Under the pieces are notes generated by a model. It had not been told where the DNA came from, did not search any database, and saw only the letters and a list, made by a program, of their open reading frames with translations. Made by a program: the position numbers and the translations under genes. 64,000 bases of DNA from a virus (lineage: Duplodnaviria > Caudoviricetes): positions 4,927 through 68,926 of the IMG/VR virus record IMGVR_UViG_3300033073_001493; one strand, written 5' to 3'. Positions 55,846-64,000 of this stretch are shown here, in pieces. The stretch's first letter is position 1. Each line of letters opens with the position of its first letter.

Positions 55846-56013
55846 GGCGCGAGGTCTCCGTAGAGAGAGGGCGGACCCCGGGAGGCGCGCCGCGTCTGCG
55901 AAGCGCTGCGCGCGGTCGGCTGAGGGAGGCAGCCGAACCTGGGGCCCTACCCTATGGGTACAGTCGCCACCCGCAGGGGCCGCCACGGCCGCAAAAGAGC
56001 GAATAGACCGCGC

Positions 56014-57876
56014 TTACCAGCCATCCATCGCACGACGCTCGCCGCTCGACACAGCGCGGCTCTTCACCGCCACGGGCATCTGCTCTGCATACGACCAGGC
56101 GTGCGCCAGCGCATCCACCTGGTCATCGTGCGCGTCCTTCACCCCGGTGAAGGCGCCCAGCTCGTGCACGAAGTCGGGTAGCCACGCAGCCGCCACCGGT
56201 GTGCGCACACGGCCCGCCTTCCACGCAGCGGCGACGGGCTGGGCGCGCACGAACTTGTCGGCTGACGGCTTGCACTCGACCACCTTGAGCCGTGGGTTGA
56301 TGCGGCGAAGTGTCTGCGGCACTGCCTTGAATCCGCCCACCGCCTCGACCACCAGCGGTGCGCCCATGTAGCGGCGTTGCAGGCGCTCGAGCTCTTCGCA
56401 CACGGCGGGGATCTCGAGCTGCCAGCGTCGCACCTCCACCACGTCGGCGCGCATCTCCTCTCCCCTGCCCCACACGGCCAGCACCACCGCCACCGAGTAG
56501 TCGGCCTTGGTGTCCTCCGTCGCTGCCGGGTCCACGCCGATGACCAGCCGGCAGCCATCGAGCACCAGGCTCTCGTAGCAGGTGGGGTCGGAGAAGAGCC
56601 GGTCTCCCTTCGGCCTCGGGCGCCCTTGGTAGAGCGAGGCCCAGGTGTATTCGCCCACCGTGGCGCGTATCTTGGCGAGCTTCTCTACCCCGAACTTTCG
56701 TGGCCACAGCGCCGTGCCGGGCTCCCTGCGCAGGTCGCCCTCCTCCGCTATCGCCTGGAGATTGACGACCTCCCACCTCGGGTCATCGTACTGCTCGACC
56801 CGACCTATCAGGTCATCCTCGTGCCACCGCGTCGCCACGATGATGCACGCGGCGTCGCCTTCGAGGCGGGTATATGCAACGTCCCGAAACCACTCCTCCT
56901 GCTGCTCTCGCTTGAGCGATGACTCGGCGTCTGCGCGGTTCTTGATCGGGTCGTCGATGATGAGGCAGTTGTGGACGAGAACGCCGTCAGCAAAGAAGTT
57001 GTGGCAGCCCTCCACTTGCAGGTCGTAGACGGGCACTCCGCGCCCCGGCAGGCGCCTTGCCTCGATCACCCTCACGTAGCCATGCGGCGTGAGCAGCCAG
57101 TCGCCGCGCGCCAGTGAGTCAGCCCGCTTGTAGCCCTCGCCGATGACGAAGAACGGATGCTCGGGCGTGCACTTCGTCGAGCCGCGCTCGGTCACCACCT
57201 CCACCAGCTCGTCTGCGACAAGCCGCCTGCCGGCCTCGATGACGCAGTAACGGAGCGTGCCCCGCTCGTGGTCGAAGGCCAGCACCATGGGGGCGTGGCG
57301 GTCCTCGGCCAGCGTGGCGATGTCGATGGGGCCGTGCTTCGTCTCGACCATCGTGCCGGCCACGAAGCACCCGTCCACGCCCTGCCCAGTGAGCGGGCCG
57401 CCGATGCCGGTCGACAGCAGCCCGCCGCCTGCGGTCGTGCGCCACTCGGCGAGGTTGGCCATGTCGTCGGCCAGCTCGATGCCCACCTCCTGGGCGAGGC
57501 GGCGGATCTTGCGGCTCTTGCTGTTGGCCTGCCGCTGGCCGTAGCTCACGTAGGCGCTCGTGCGCTGGGGCTGCTGCTCGAGCAGCCAGGCGATGCCGGC
57601 TATCAGCGTCTCGGTCTTGGCATGACGGGGCGGCGTGCTGACGAGGGCGCGCACGGGCTCGCCGGCTGCCACGCGGGCAAACAGCTCGACCACGGGCGCA
57701 AGGTGCTCGGGGCTCTCGTAGCCTCTGATGCGCGCTGGAATCCAGCGCATCAGGTCAAGAGGTTCGGGCTGGTGCTGGTAGCTGTCTGACGACGGCGACG
57801 CCTGCGCCGCCGGCATGGGCAGCATTCGGTCGAGCGCCCGCATCCGGGCCTCGACGGAGCTGAGCAATGCGTTCAT
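56014..57876 (-). CDS. terL: Terminase large subunit containing a mini-intein (true start may be downstream)
   Basis: Walker A STPPRHAKT, Walker B LIIDDP, IIVATRWHEDD, GVDPA, HDDQVDA nuclease motifs. Confidence 0.95.
   Translation of the reverse strand: MNALLSSVEARMRALDRMLPMPAAQASPSSDSYQHQPEPLDLMRWIPARIRGYESPEHLAPVVELFARVAAGEPVRALVSTPPRHAKTETLIAGIAWLLEQQPQRTSAYVSYGQRQANSKSRKIRRLAQEVGIELADDMANLAEWRTTAGGGLLSTGIGGPLTGQGVDGCFVAGTMVETKHGPIDIATLAEDRHAPMVLAFDHERGTLRYCVIEAGRRLVADELVEVVTERGSTKCTPEHPFFVIGEGYKRADSLARGDWLLTPHGYVRVIEARRLPGRGVPVYDLQVEGCHNFFADGVLVHNCLIIDDPIKNRADAESSLKREQQEEWFRDVAYTRLEGDAACIIVATRWHEDDLIGRVEQYDDPRWEVVNLQAIAEEGDLRREPGTALWPRKFGVEKLAKIRATVGEYTWASLYQGRPRPKGDRLFSDPTCYESLVLDGCRLVIGVDPAATEDTKADYSVAVVLAVWGRGEEMRADVVEVRRWQLEIPAVCEELERLQRRYMGAPLVVEAVGGFKAVPQTLRRINPRLKVVECKPSADKFVRAQPVAAAWKAGRVRTPVAAAWLPDFVHELGAFTGVKDAHDDQVDALAHAWSYAEQMPVAVKSRAVSSGERRAMDGW
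56968..57369 (-). mobile_element. 134-aa mini-intein (Hint domain, no homing endonuclease)
   Basis: GVDG|CFVAGT...CTPEHPF...VYDLQVEGCHNFFADGVLVHN|CLIIDD: Cys1, block B TxxH, terminal HN, Cys+1. Confidence 0.93.
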
Positions 57877-58219
57877 CGAGCATCTCCCTCGCCATCTGCA
57901 CCTCGCCCAGCATCTTGAGGGCGCCCGCGATGGCGTGGATGGCTTCCGGGTCTTGTGGGTCGGCCGCCTTCGCAGCGCGGTCGAGGAAGTCGACGGCCGA
58001 CACGATGGCGCTCGCTATCTTGTCGGCCCACCGCACATCTTGGATCTGCTTTTTCTCGGCCACCATTTCCCGCAGTCGCGCGTCCTTCTCAAACCGGATG
58101 CGGTAGCGCCTGATGGTCTCCTCACACACACCATGCTTCTTTGCGGCATCACTATCCCGCATCATGGTGGAGTCAGCGAGGATTCTGGCGGCCTTGTCGT
58201 AGTTGAAGCGGTAGGCCAT
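57755..58219 (-). CDS. terS: Terminase small subunit (HTH)
   Basis: DAAKKHGVCEETIRRYR HTH; directly upstream of and overlapping terL. Confidence 0.7.
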   Translation of the reverse strand: MAYRFNYDKAARILADSTMMRDSDAAKKHGVCEETIRRYRIRFEKDARLREMVAEKKQIQDVRWADKIASAIVSAVDFLDRAAKAADPQDPEAIHAIAGALKMLGEVQMAREMLDERIAQLRRGPDAGARPNAAHAGGAGVAVVRQLPAPARTS

Positions 58220-58281
58220 CGCTCAGCCTGCGGCCCTTTTCGGCTCTGCCGCCGCTTCCCACAACATGCCCGGTGTGCCCC

Positions 58282-58506
58282 TCACCATCCGTCGATCTCC
58301 ACCGCTCTGCCACCGGAGATGAGGGCTGCGAACTTGCCATCGTCCCTGGCGAGCAAGGCGTTCAGGTCGATGCGCCACGACTTGCCGATCTTGTGCGCTG
58401 GGATGTGGCCCCCGCCGCACCACGTCCTCACCGTCCTCGGCGCTATCCGCAGCCTCTCTGCGACCTCGGCGACGGTCAGCAGGCCCGGCAAGCTAGTCTG
58501 TTCCAT
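58282..58506 (-). CDS. Excisionase-like HTH (HTH_17) DNA-binding protein
   Basis: LLTVAEVAERLRIAPRTVRTWC..GHIPAHKIGKSWRI. Confidence 0.85.
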   Translation of the reverse strand: MEQTSLPGLLTVAEVAERLRIAPRTVRTWCGGGHIPAHKIGKSWRIDLNALLARDDGKFAALISGGRAVEIDGW

Positions 58507-58653
58507 GCGGCACCTCTCTTTTCGGCATTGTGGGCCAATCCGGCATGCGCGCAACTTCCCGGCCGGCTAATCACGCGTGCTAGCGGCGTTGCGGATAACA
58601 AACAGCAACCGCGTCTAGTTGTCTTGAACTGCGCAGAGTGAGATTGTGGCGCC

Positions 58654-58866
58654 ATGAAGCGACAGCAAGACCCGCGCGCCATCCGCCTCGCCCTCGGCCG
58701 CTCTCTCGTCAAGGTCGCGGCCTTGGCCGACACCTCGCCGCAGACCGTTCGCCTCTTCGAGATCGACCCTGTGACAGGTGTAGCCAACGAACATCGCCGC
58801 AAACGCATCGCGGCTGTCTACGAATCCATGGATCAAGAGCTGTCCGCCAACGAGGGTAAGAAGTGA
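58654..58866 (+). CDS. Cro/XRE-like HTH protein
   Basis: RAIRLALGRSLVKVAALADTSPQTVRLFE; divergent from the HTH_17 gene. Confidence 0.7.
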   Translation: MKRQQDPRAIRLALGRSLVKVAALADTSPQTVRLFEIDPVTGVANEHRRKRIAAVYESMDQELSANEGKK

Positions 58867-59201
58867 GCGCTCCCGACGTGTTTGAGCTCCCGCCCGAGAC
58901 CCGCAGGCAGCTCAAGGCAGAGGCGCATCGCCTTGGCCCGCTCGCTCGCGACCTTGGCTTCACTGCCGAGATCACCGCGCGATTGATTGCCGGCCTGCCC
59001 GTGCAGCGCGGCACCCTCGCTCTCGCTCGTGAACGGCTTGCGCTGCGAGCGACCTCCGATATTGGAGACGCGTTATCACCGGATCTTGTTCCCCATTTGT
59101 CCGCCGCTGGTGCGTTCTGCATCGCCAGTCCTGACAATGGCGAACGCATCGGTGTTGCCGATGGCAGAAACGGGTGGTATGGTCTTCATGGTTGGTGTTG
59201 A
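58863..59201 (+). CDS. HTH-like protein, paralogue of 58972-59484
   Basis: GTGA overlap; GPLARDLGFTAEITARLIAGLPVQRGTLALARERLA. Confidence 0.6.
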   Translation: MSAPDVFELPPETRRQLKAEAHRLGPLARDLGFTAEITARLIAGLPVQRGTLALARERLALRATSDIGDALSPDLVPHLSAAGAFCIASPDNGERIGVADGRNGWYGLHGWC

Positions 59202-59484
59202 TCGGGCCCCGGTCTTTGGCAAGAGGCGGGGCCCGATTGTTTTGGTGGCCTCGGAAGTCTGATAACGCGGCGCTGGGCGGCGCTGCCTGCTGGGCGCGCT
59301 GCGCAAGCCGCTCACGGGCAAGGGCGGCTGTGCCACGTTGCACAGGCATGCCGCTGGCGAGCTTCACGACGATCTCGCGCGACAGCCCGAGCTCGCGGGA
59401 GACGGGGCCGACGCCTCGCACGCGAATCTCGCGGTCGAGGGCGGCGCGTTGTTCTGGTGAGAGGTCGGCGACCGCGTGTTGCAT
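58972..59484 (-). CDS. HTH-like protein, paralogue of 58863-59201
   Basis: GPVSRELGLSREIVVKLASGMPVQRGTAALARERLA. Confidence 0.6.
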   Translation of the reverse strand: MQHAVADLSPEQRAALDREIRVRGVGPVSRELGLSREIVVKLASGMPVQRGTAALARERLAQRAQQAAPPSAALSDFRGHQNNRAPPLAKDRGPINTNHEDHTTRFCHRQHRCVRHCQDWRCRTHQRRTNGEQDPVITRLQYRRSLAAQAVHERERGCRAARAGRQSIAR

Positions 59485-59600
59485 GGTGTGACCGTAAGTC
59501 GCTCACCGGGTTTCGTATCCCAGAAGCGTCCGGTGTCGACGCTTCGGGGGAACGCCACAACGACTGGTCCGCAGCCGATGGCGACGGGCTCGAGTAGCCC

Positions 59601-60170
59601 TCAGCGGCGGCGCTTGCGGTAGGCGACAGCGAGATATCCCACGGCGGCGACGTACTGCCGCACGGCCTCGGCCGCCTGCTCGCTCGGACCTTGCCAGCGC
59701 ATGCCCAGCATCACCCCGCTGAAGTGCCACCCGACAGCCTTGGCAACGGCGTCGACCACGCGGCTCGCGTCGAACTGGTCGAACCCGTAGGCGAACACCA
59801 GTTCGCAGCGCGTCGCGCCGCCATCGCTCAGGTGGATGCGGCCAGCCTCGCCGCTGACACGCAGGGCCACCTGCCTGCCGCTCGGCCAGTACCAGCCGAG
59901 GGCGATGCCTCGCTCGCCCGCGACCATTGCGTTCGCCAGTTCGTCGGCAATGTCTGCCGCGAGCTCGTCGTCAGCGACAGCAGCGTGGTCGTCATCCCCG
60001 CCATACTCGGGTGTGAGCGTGCCATCTGGGTTGTGGACGCCAGCGGCAACCGACAGCGCAAGCCACTCGGCAAGCGTCATCTCGCGGATGCGCTCCAGCA
60101 CGAGCTTCTCGACCTCGGCCCCAGTGAGTTCGGTGCGCGTTGCGCCCGGCCCTTGCTTTCGTTGCGTCAC
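59601..60170 (-). CDS. Hypothetical protein (C-terminus weakly DUF1828-like)
   Basis: IHLSDGGATRCEL; GTG start. Confidence 0.5.
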   Translation of the reverse strand: MTQRKQGPGATRTELTGAEVEKLVLERIREMTLAEWLALSVAAGVHNPDGTLTPEYGGDDDHAAVADDELAADIADELANAMVAGERGIALGWYWPSGRQVALRVSGEAGRIHLSDGGATRCELVFAYGFDQFDASRVVDAVAKAVGWHFSGVMLGMRWQGPSEQAAEAVRQYVAAVGYLAVAYRKRRR

Positions 60171-60213
60171 GGGTTATCGTCTTTCTGTCTGTGGTGGTCG
60201 TTGACGGGTTTTC

Positions 60214-60245
60214 AGCCCCGGCTGCTCTGGAAAACAGCCGGGGCT
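60214..60245. terminator. Strong hairpin, possible bidirectional terminator
   Basis: AGCCCCGGCTG-N10-CAGCCGGGGCT flanked by TTTTC and TTCCTATTT. Confidence 0.55.
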
Positions 60246-60436
60246 TTCCTATTTGCGCCTCGGGTCGTCACCAGCGCAGCGCTCTGGCCAGCGCAGCACG
60301 CACCGCAGTGGGTCGTCGACGCAGCAGCCGTCGTCGCTCAGCATGAGCAGCCACGACTCGATCGCCATTCGACACCTGTCACCACAGCCGTCGGACGCAG
60401 GCAGCGAGCAAGCGGTGCAGAGCAGCCACCTCGGCG

Positions 60437-60691
60437 TCATCGCTCCTCCTTGTCCACCGACCACGCCATCGGCAGCGGCGCGGTGGTCTCGACCACGCGG
60501 GCGAGGAAAGCCCGCCGCTGCACCATGCCAGGCCACGGCTGCCACAGCCTGAGCAGGTGGCCCCACGCCTCCGCTGCTGCCGCCGCTGTCGAGGCGAGCA
60601 GCACACGTTGCATGGCGCTCACCATCAGGTCGCTGTGCGCCGCGATGCGGGCCAGCTCTTCGCGCACGTCGTCGCGTGTGAGAGGCGCCAT
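60437..60691 (-). CDS. Small hypothetical protein
   Basis: GAGG RBS; part of a tightly packed minus-strand run. Confidence 0.5.
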   Translation of the reverse strand: MAPLTRDDVREELARIAAHSDLMVSAMQRVLLASTAAAAAEAWGHLLRLWQPWPGMVQRRAFLARVVETTAPLPMAWSVDKEER

Positions 60692-60693
60692 GG

Positions 60694-61029
60694 TCACCTC
60701 GTGCCTGCGTAGTGGCTCAGGATGTCGGCCGCTGTCGCGAAGCTCACCATGGCCGCCTCGGCGTTCGCCCACAGGCGCCGCTCGAGCAGGCCGTCGCGCC
60801 TCTTCTTGGCGTCGATGGTCGCCTTGATGAGCTGCATGAACGTCTTGGCGGCATCGGCTGCGTCGTGCAGCGCGATGCGGTGCTCGGCCGACTTGATGCG
60901 GTAGGCCGACGACCGATCGCCGGCCAGCGCAGCCACCGTGGCGAGCAGCCGCCTCGTCGTCTCGTCAAGGTCGTCGCGAGACGCCAGCGCTTCGAGCTCG
61001 CCCTCGGTCATCGGGTAGACGGCGCTCAT
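60694..61029 (-). CDS. Hypothetical protein
   Basis: ATGA overlap. Confidence 0.55.
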   Translation of the reverse strand: MSAVYPMTEGELEALASRDDLDETTRRLLATVAALAGDRSSAYRIKSAEHRIALHDAADAAKTFMQLIKATIDAKKRRDGLLERRLWANAEAAMVSFATAADILSHYAGTR

Positions 61030-61430
61030 CGTCGCCCCCTCACGATGACCAGCCCGCCTGCGGTGACGCGCCGAGGCCGGATGCCGGACGAGAGGCTTCG
61101 GTCTTTGCGCCACGCTAGCCAGGCGTGGCAGTGCATGAGCCCAAGCGCCTCGCTCGCAATCGCGTCACAGCCATGATCGTCTACGAACAGGTGCAGGTTG
61201 TCGCGCAGCCCGGGCGAAACATGCCGCGCGTAGTTCGGGACGTGCCTGCCCTTGTCGTGCGTCAGCATTCGTGGGCGACAGCGGTCGCTCGCGGTGTGCC
61301 ATGTGCGGTAAGCGCCAGCGGTGAGGATCGCGCTCGTGACGGCGCTTTGCACGCGAGCGGTCGCCCTCTCGATATCGCCCAGCGCCGCCACGTCTTCTCG
61401 TGTCAGCGTGGGGAAAACGCAGCCGGTCAT
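61026..61430 (-). CDS. Hypothetical protein
   Basis: ATGA overlap. Confidence 0.55.
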   Translation of the reverse strand: MTGCVFPTLTREDVAALGDIERATARVQSAVTSAILTAGAYRTWHTASDRCRPRMLTHDKGRHVPNYARHVSPGLRDNLHLFVDDHGCDAIASEALGLMHCHAWLAWRKDRSLSSGIRPRRVTAGGLVIVRGRR

Positions 61431-61777
61431 CGCTTCTTCCCCTTCGCCTTCGGCTTGCTCTCGGCCGCCGCCAGCTCGGCTTTGCGTGCGGCTGGCATCG
61501 TCCAGCCGGCAGCGAGCGCCTTGCGCTCCCACTGGGCTAGTCCCGCGATCGGCTTCGGCATGACGCCGCCCCAACCGCAGTGGTAGCAGGCGGCGTGCTT
61601 GCACGGGTTGCTGTGCGATATCCCGTGGTCGGGGTCGTCGGAACCCTCGCCCGCGCCATACTCGAAGCATTCGCACAGCAAGCCCTCGCACTCGCCTTGC
61701 GACTTGCAAGCGTCTTCCCCACCAGCGCCGTGCCGGTGTGCCCCCGCGCCACACCTCGGGCACTTCCACGCGCTCAT
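61427..61777 (-). CDS. Cys-rich (Zn-binding) hypothetical protein
   Basis: CPRCG, C..LLCEC, PCKHAACYHCGW. Confidence 0.6.
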   Translation of the reverse strand: MSAWKCPRCGAGAHRHGAGGEDACKSQGECEGLLCECFEYGAGEGSDDPDHGISHSNPCKHAACYHCGWGGVMPKPIAGLAQWERKALAAGWTMPAARKAELAAAESKPKAKGKKR

Positions 61778-62091
61778 CGCTGCCCCCTGGCGCACCGCTC
61801 TGCGGCCTCTACGGCCTCCTGGTAGCTCCCCCGCTGCCCACAACCAAGCAACGCCTCGCCTTGTCGGGAAACGGTAAACGACCAGTATCGAAAACCGCGC
61901 CAGGCGTAGCAGCGCGCGTCGCCGACCCGCCAGCGCCTCGAGGTCGTCTCAACCCTCGTCAGCGTTACGGCGTGGCCCCGGAGCCTCGCGAGCTTGGCTG
62001 CTGCGACGGCTCGACGCCTCTCGCTGTAGGTGTCCGGCTCGCAGCCGGCGATGGTCACCCGCCAGCGGACCGGCCCGGTCGCTTCGCTCAC
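61774..62091 (-). CDS. Hypothetical protein
   Basis: GTGA and ATGA overlaps. Confidence 0.5.
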   Translation of the reverse strand: MSEATGPVRWRVTIAGCEPDTYSERRRAVAAAKLARLRGHAVTLTRVETTSRRWRVGDARCYAWRGFRYWSFTVSRQGEALLGCGQRGSYQEAVEAAERCARGQR

Positions 62092-62402
62092 GGCTTCACC
62101 TCATCGCCCACAGCAGGCTCCACGTCGTCGGGGTCGTCGGGGCCGCAGATGCGGCTTGTTTCCCGCGCATAGGCCCGCAGAAGCTCGTCGCGCAACTCGT
62201 CGACCCTGTTGGTCAGCCGCTCGTTCTCGGCAATGAGCGCCTCGATGGCTTCGGCCTTGCGCATCTCGATGCACGCCTGGTCGTTCGCCACCGTGTGAGC
62301 GCTGCCGGGCGCCAGCATCTTCGCCTCGTCGAGCCACCGTGCCGCCCTGTCGCGATGGTCCTTGGCCATGCGCCTCAGCACGTCCGCTTGCGTGTTGCCC
62401 AT
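62088..62402 (-). CDS. Hypothetical coiled-coil protein
   Basis: 104-aa ORF coupled to the next gene. Confidence 0.55.
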   Translation of the reverse strand: MGNTQADVLRRMAKDHRDRAARWLDEAKMLAPGSAHTVANDQACIEMRKAEAIEALIAENERLTNRVDELRDELLRAYARETSRICGPDDPDDVEPAVGDEVKP

Positions 62403-62438
62403 GCCGACACCATGCGCCCGCGCGGTAAGCGCAGACCA

Positions 62439-62981
62439 CTAGCGCGCGTAGTGAAACGGATGCCGGCCAAGTGCGTCGTAGGCAGCGGCGAAGCGCTCCT
62501 CGGCTGCGCGCAGCAGCGCCTTCGCCTCTTGCGTCACCAGCCCTATGCGCGCCTCGGCGTCGGGCCCCTTGCTCTTGCCCGAGGTCATCGCCTGCCACCA
62601 GCGCACAGCGGCGACGCCCACGACCTCGGCCTGGTGCTTGGCCCACTCGGCAGCGAACTCCTTGGCCGCTGGCGTGTAAGGCGCAACGGCTCGCCATCGC
62701 AGGTGCGGGTGCAGGTCGTTCGTGGTCACCGCGTCGCCCATGTCGCCATAGGCCGTCTCGATGAGCTGCCGGTCGCTCGCGTCGAGCTGGTAGAGCGCGC
62801 GCGAGACGTGGCCGAATGCGATCCACGCGCCCTCGTTCGGAGGCGTCGCCGTCTGCACGCTGTTGCCCGTGCCCACGCACCCGGTCTCGGGTATGTGCAG
62901 CGCCGACGGCGTGATGGCCCCTCCGCTCTGTCGCCATGCCCTGATGGCGAAGCGGTGCTTGTCGGTGAAGAGACGGCTCAC
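62439..62981 (-). CDS. Hypothetical protein, possible transcriptional regulator
   Basis: GGAGG RBS; GTGA overlap; LYQLDASDRQLIETAYG is reminiscent of helical regulator domains. Confidence 0.5.
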   Translation of the reverse strand: MSRLFTDKHRFAIRAWRQSGGAITPSALHIPETGCVGTGNSVQTATPPNEGAWIAFGHVSRALYQLDASDRQLIETAYGDMGDAVTTNDLHPHLRWRAVAPYTPAAKEFAAEWAKHQAEVVGVAAVRWWQAMTSGKSKGPDAEARIGLVTQEAKALLRAAEERFAAAYDALGRHPFHYAR

Positions 62982-63256
62982 GTTGACCTCCCAGGCGGCG
63001 CGCTGTCGCCCGACACCTTGCGCAAGATGAGGCTCGCCAGTTCAATCGCCGCAGCGACGCACGCGGGGCACCGCTGCGCGTGCGGCACTGTGTCGAGGTA
63101 CCACACGGCTGGCTCTTCCTCCTCGGACGGCACCCCGCCGATGTGCGCCGGCCCGAGTGAGGGAACACTCGTAACCCACTCGCCGCAGCCGTTCATGTAG
63201 GCATTCAGCCCGCAGTACGTACCGGGGCTCTCACCAGAATCGAGCAGGTGCGTCAC
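62978..63256 (-). CDS. Small Cys/His-containing hypothetical protein
   Basis: GGAGG RBS, GTGA overlap; TYCG and RCPAC. Confidence 0.5.
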   Translation of the reverse strand: MTHLLDSGESPGTYCGLNAYMNGCGEWVTSVPSLGPAHIGGVPSEEEEPAVWYLDTVPHAQRCPACVAAAIELASLILRKVSGDSAPPGRST

Positions 63257-64000
63257 GTTGACCTCCACAGCTTGCCCAGCAGCCACTTCGCCAGCGCCTC
63301 GGCCAGCGACGCAGCCCCCATCACGGCGAACAGCAGCACGAACACGACAGGCATCACCGCACCTCGCAGGTCGCATGTGCGTCGTCGCACACGCTTTCGA
63401 CGCGCACGCACGCCTCGCACGGGCATGTGCCGTCGTGGCTCTCGTGCGGGCACCACACGTCGTCAAACGAGAGGGCGTTGCCCCATGTCGTGAAGAGCCG
63501 ATACCACCTCCCCAGCCCCGCCGAACCGTAGCGTCGAAACGCCCACGCTGGCATCGTCTGCCGCTCCCGTCGCCGCTCGGCGCAGTCCTCGCTCGTGGTG
63601 CAGGTCACGGTCCCTCCTGGCACCAGCCCGGCACCGCGTGACAGCAACGGCCCATCGTGCCGCACCGTCTCCTGCGGTATTCGGTACGGCACAGGTAGTA
63701 AAAGAACGATGCGCCCTCGGCGCACTGTGACCAGAGAGCGCAGGTCACGTCGTCACCCCGCACTGCGCCGCATCCTCCCTGCACAGCGTCGCCCACTTCT
63801 GGAGGCTGGCAGACGCCTTCAGCACCGCGTTGAGACACGCCTTGCATCGGTCCTCTCGCGGCGTCGATGCCCAATCCAGCCGCAGCAACTCGCCGCGCTC
63901 TGGCCCGCGACCAGTGCACGATGCAAGTCTCTCGTCGACCATCGCAGCCAGATGCACGGGCCCCCGTCCGCTGGCTTCACCTCGCGTCACGCACCTCTCC

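Noticed and set aside
58560-58653. Divergent sigma70 promoters between the HTH_17 and Cro-like genes
   Set aside because: The region is AT-richer but I could not place -35/-10 pairs with acceptable spacing
1-64000. Replication module, cas1/cas2/cas4, DinG or a CRISPR array
   Set aside because: No helicase, primase, polymerase or adaptation motifs and no repeat-spacer array seen by eye; they could lie outside the window

Overview
The window is most of the genome of a high-GC temperate phage with a contractile tail, in its non-integrated form: an intact attP (3' half of a tRNA-Thr(CGT) gene) sits inside the sequence with phage genes on both sides. Myxobacterial-style lipoproteins suggest a Myxococcota host (inference). 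Layout: 1-7.9 kb (+) recombination genes (RecT-like, SSB-tailed protein, ASCH, DUF5131), xis/int/attP and an XRE regulator; 8.0-16.4 kb (+) a largely translationally coupled operon with a Zn-finger-Cas6-like-RNase-like fusion, a type IV-B-like CRISPR effector set (csf1, cas11, csf2, csf3, cysH), a DNA methyltransferase and a glycosyltransferase-GNAT fusion inserted between csf3 and cysH, and a SLOG/DUF488 gene; 16.7-19.9 kb (+) small accessory genes; 20-58 kb (-) DHFR, antirepressor, lysis, fibre, baseplate, tail, head and intein-containing terminase genes of Mu-like type; 58-64 kb HTH regulators and small unknown ORFs. I found no CRISPR array, cas1/cas2, DinG or replication module in the window. 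The best candidate for an undescribed system is the array-less type IV-B-like operon carrying a multidomain Cas6 and modification enzymes. All family assignments come from motif recognition by eye; no database searches were run.
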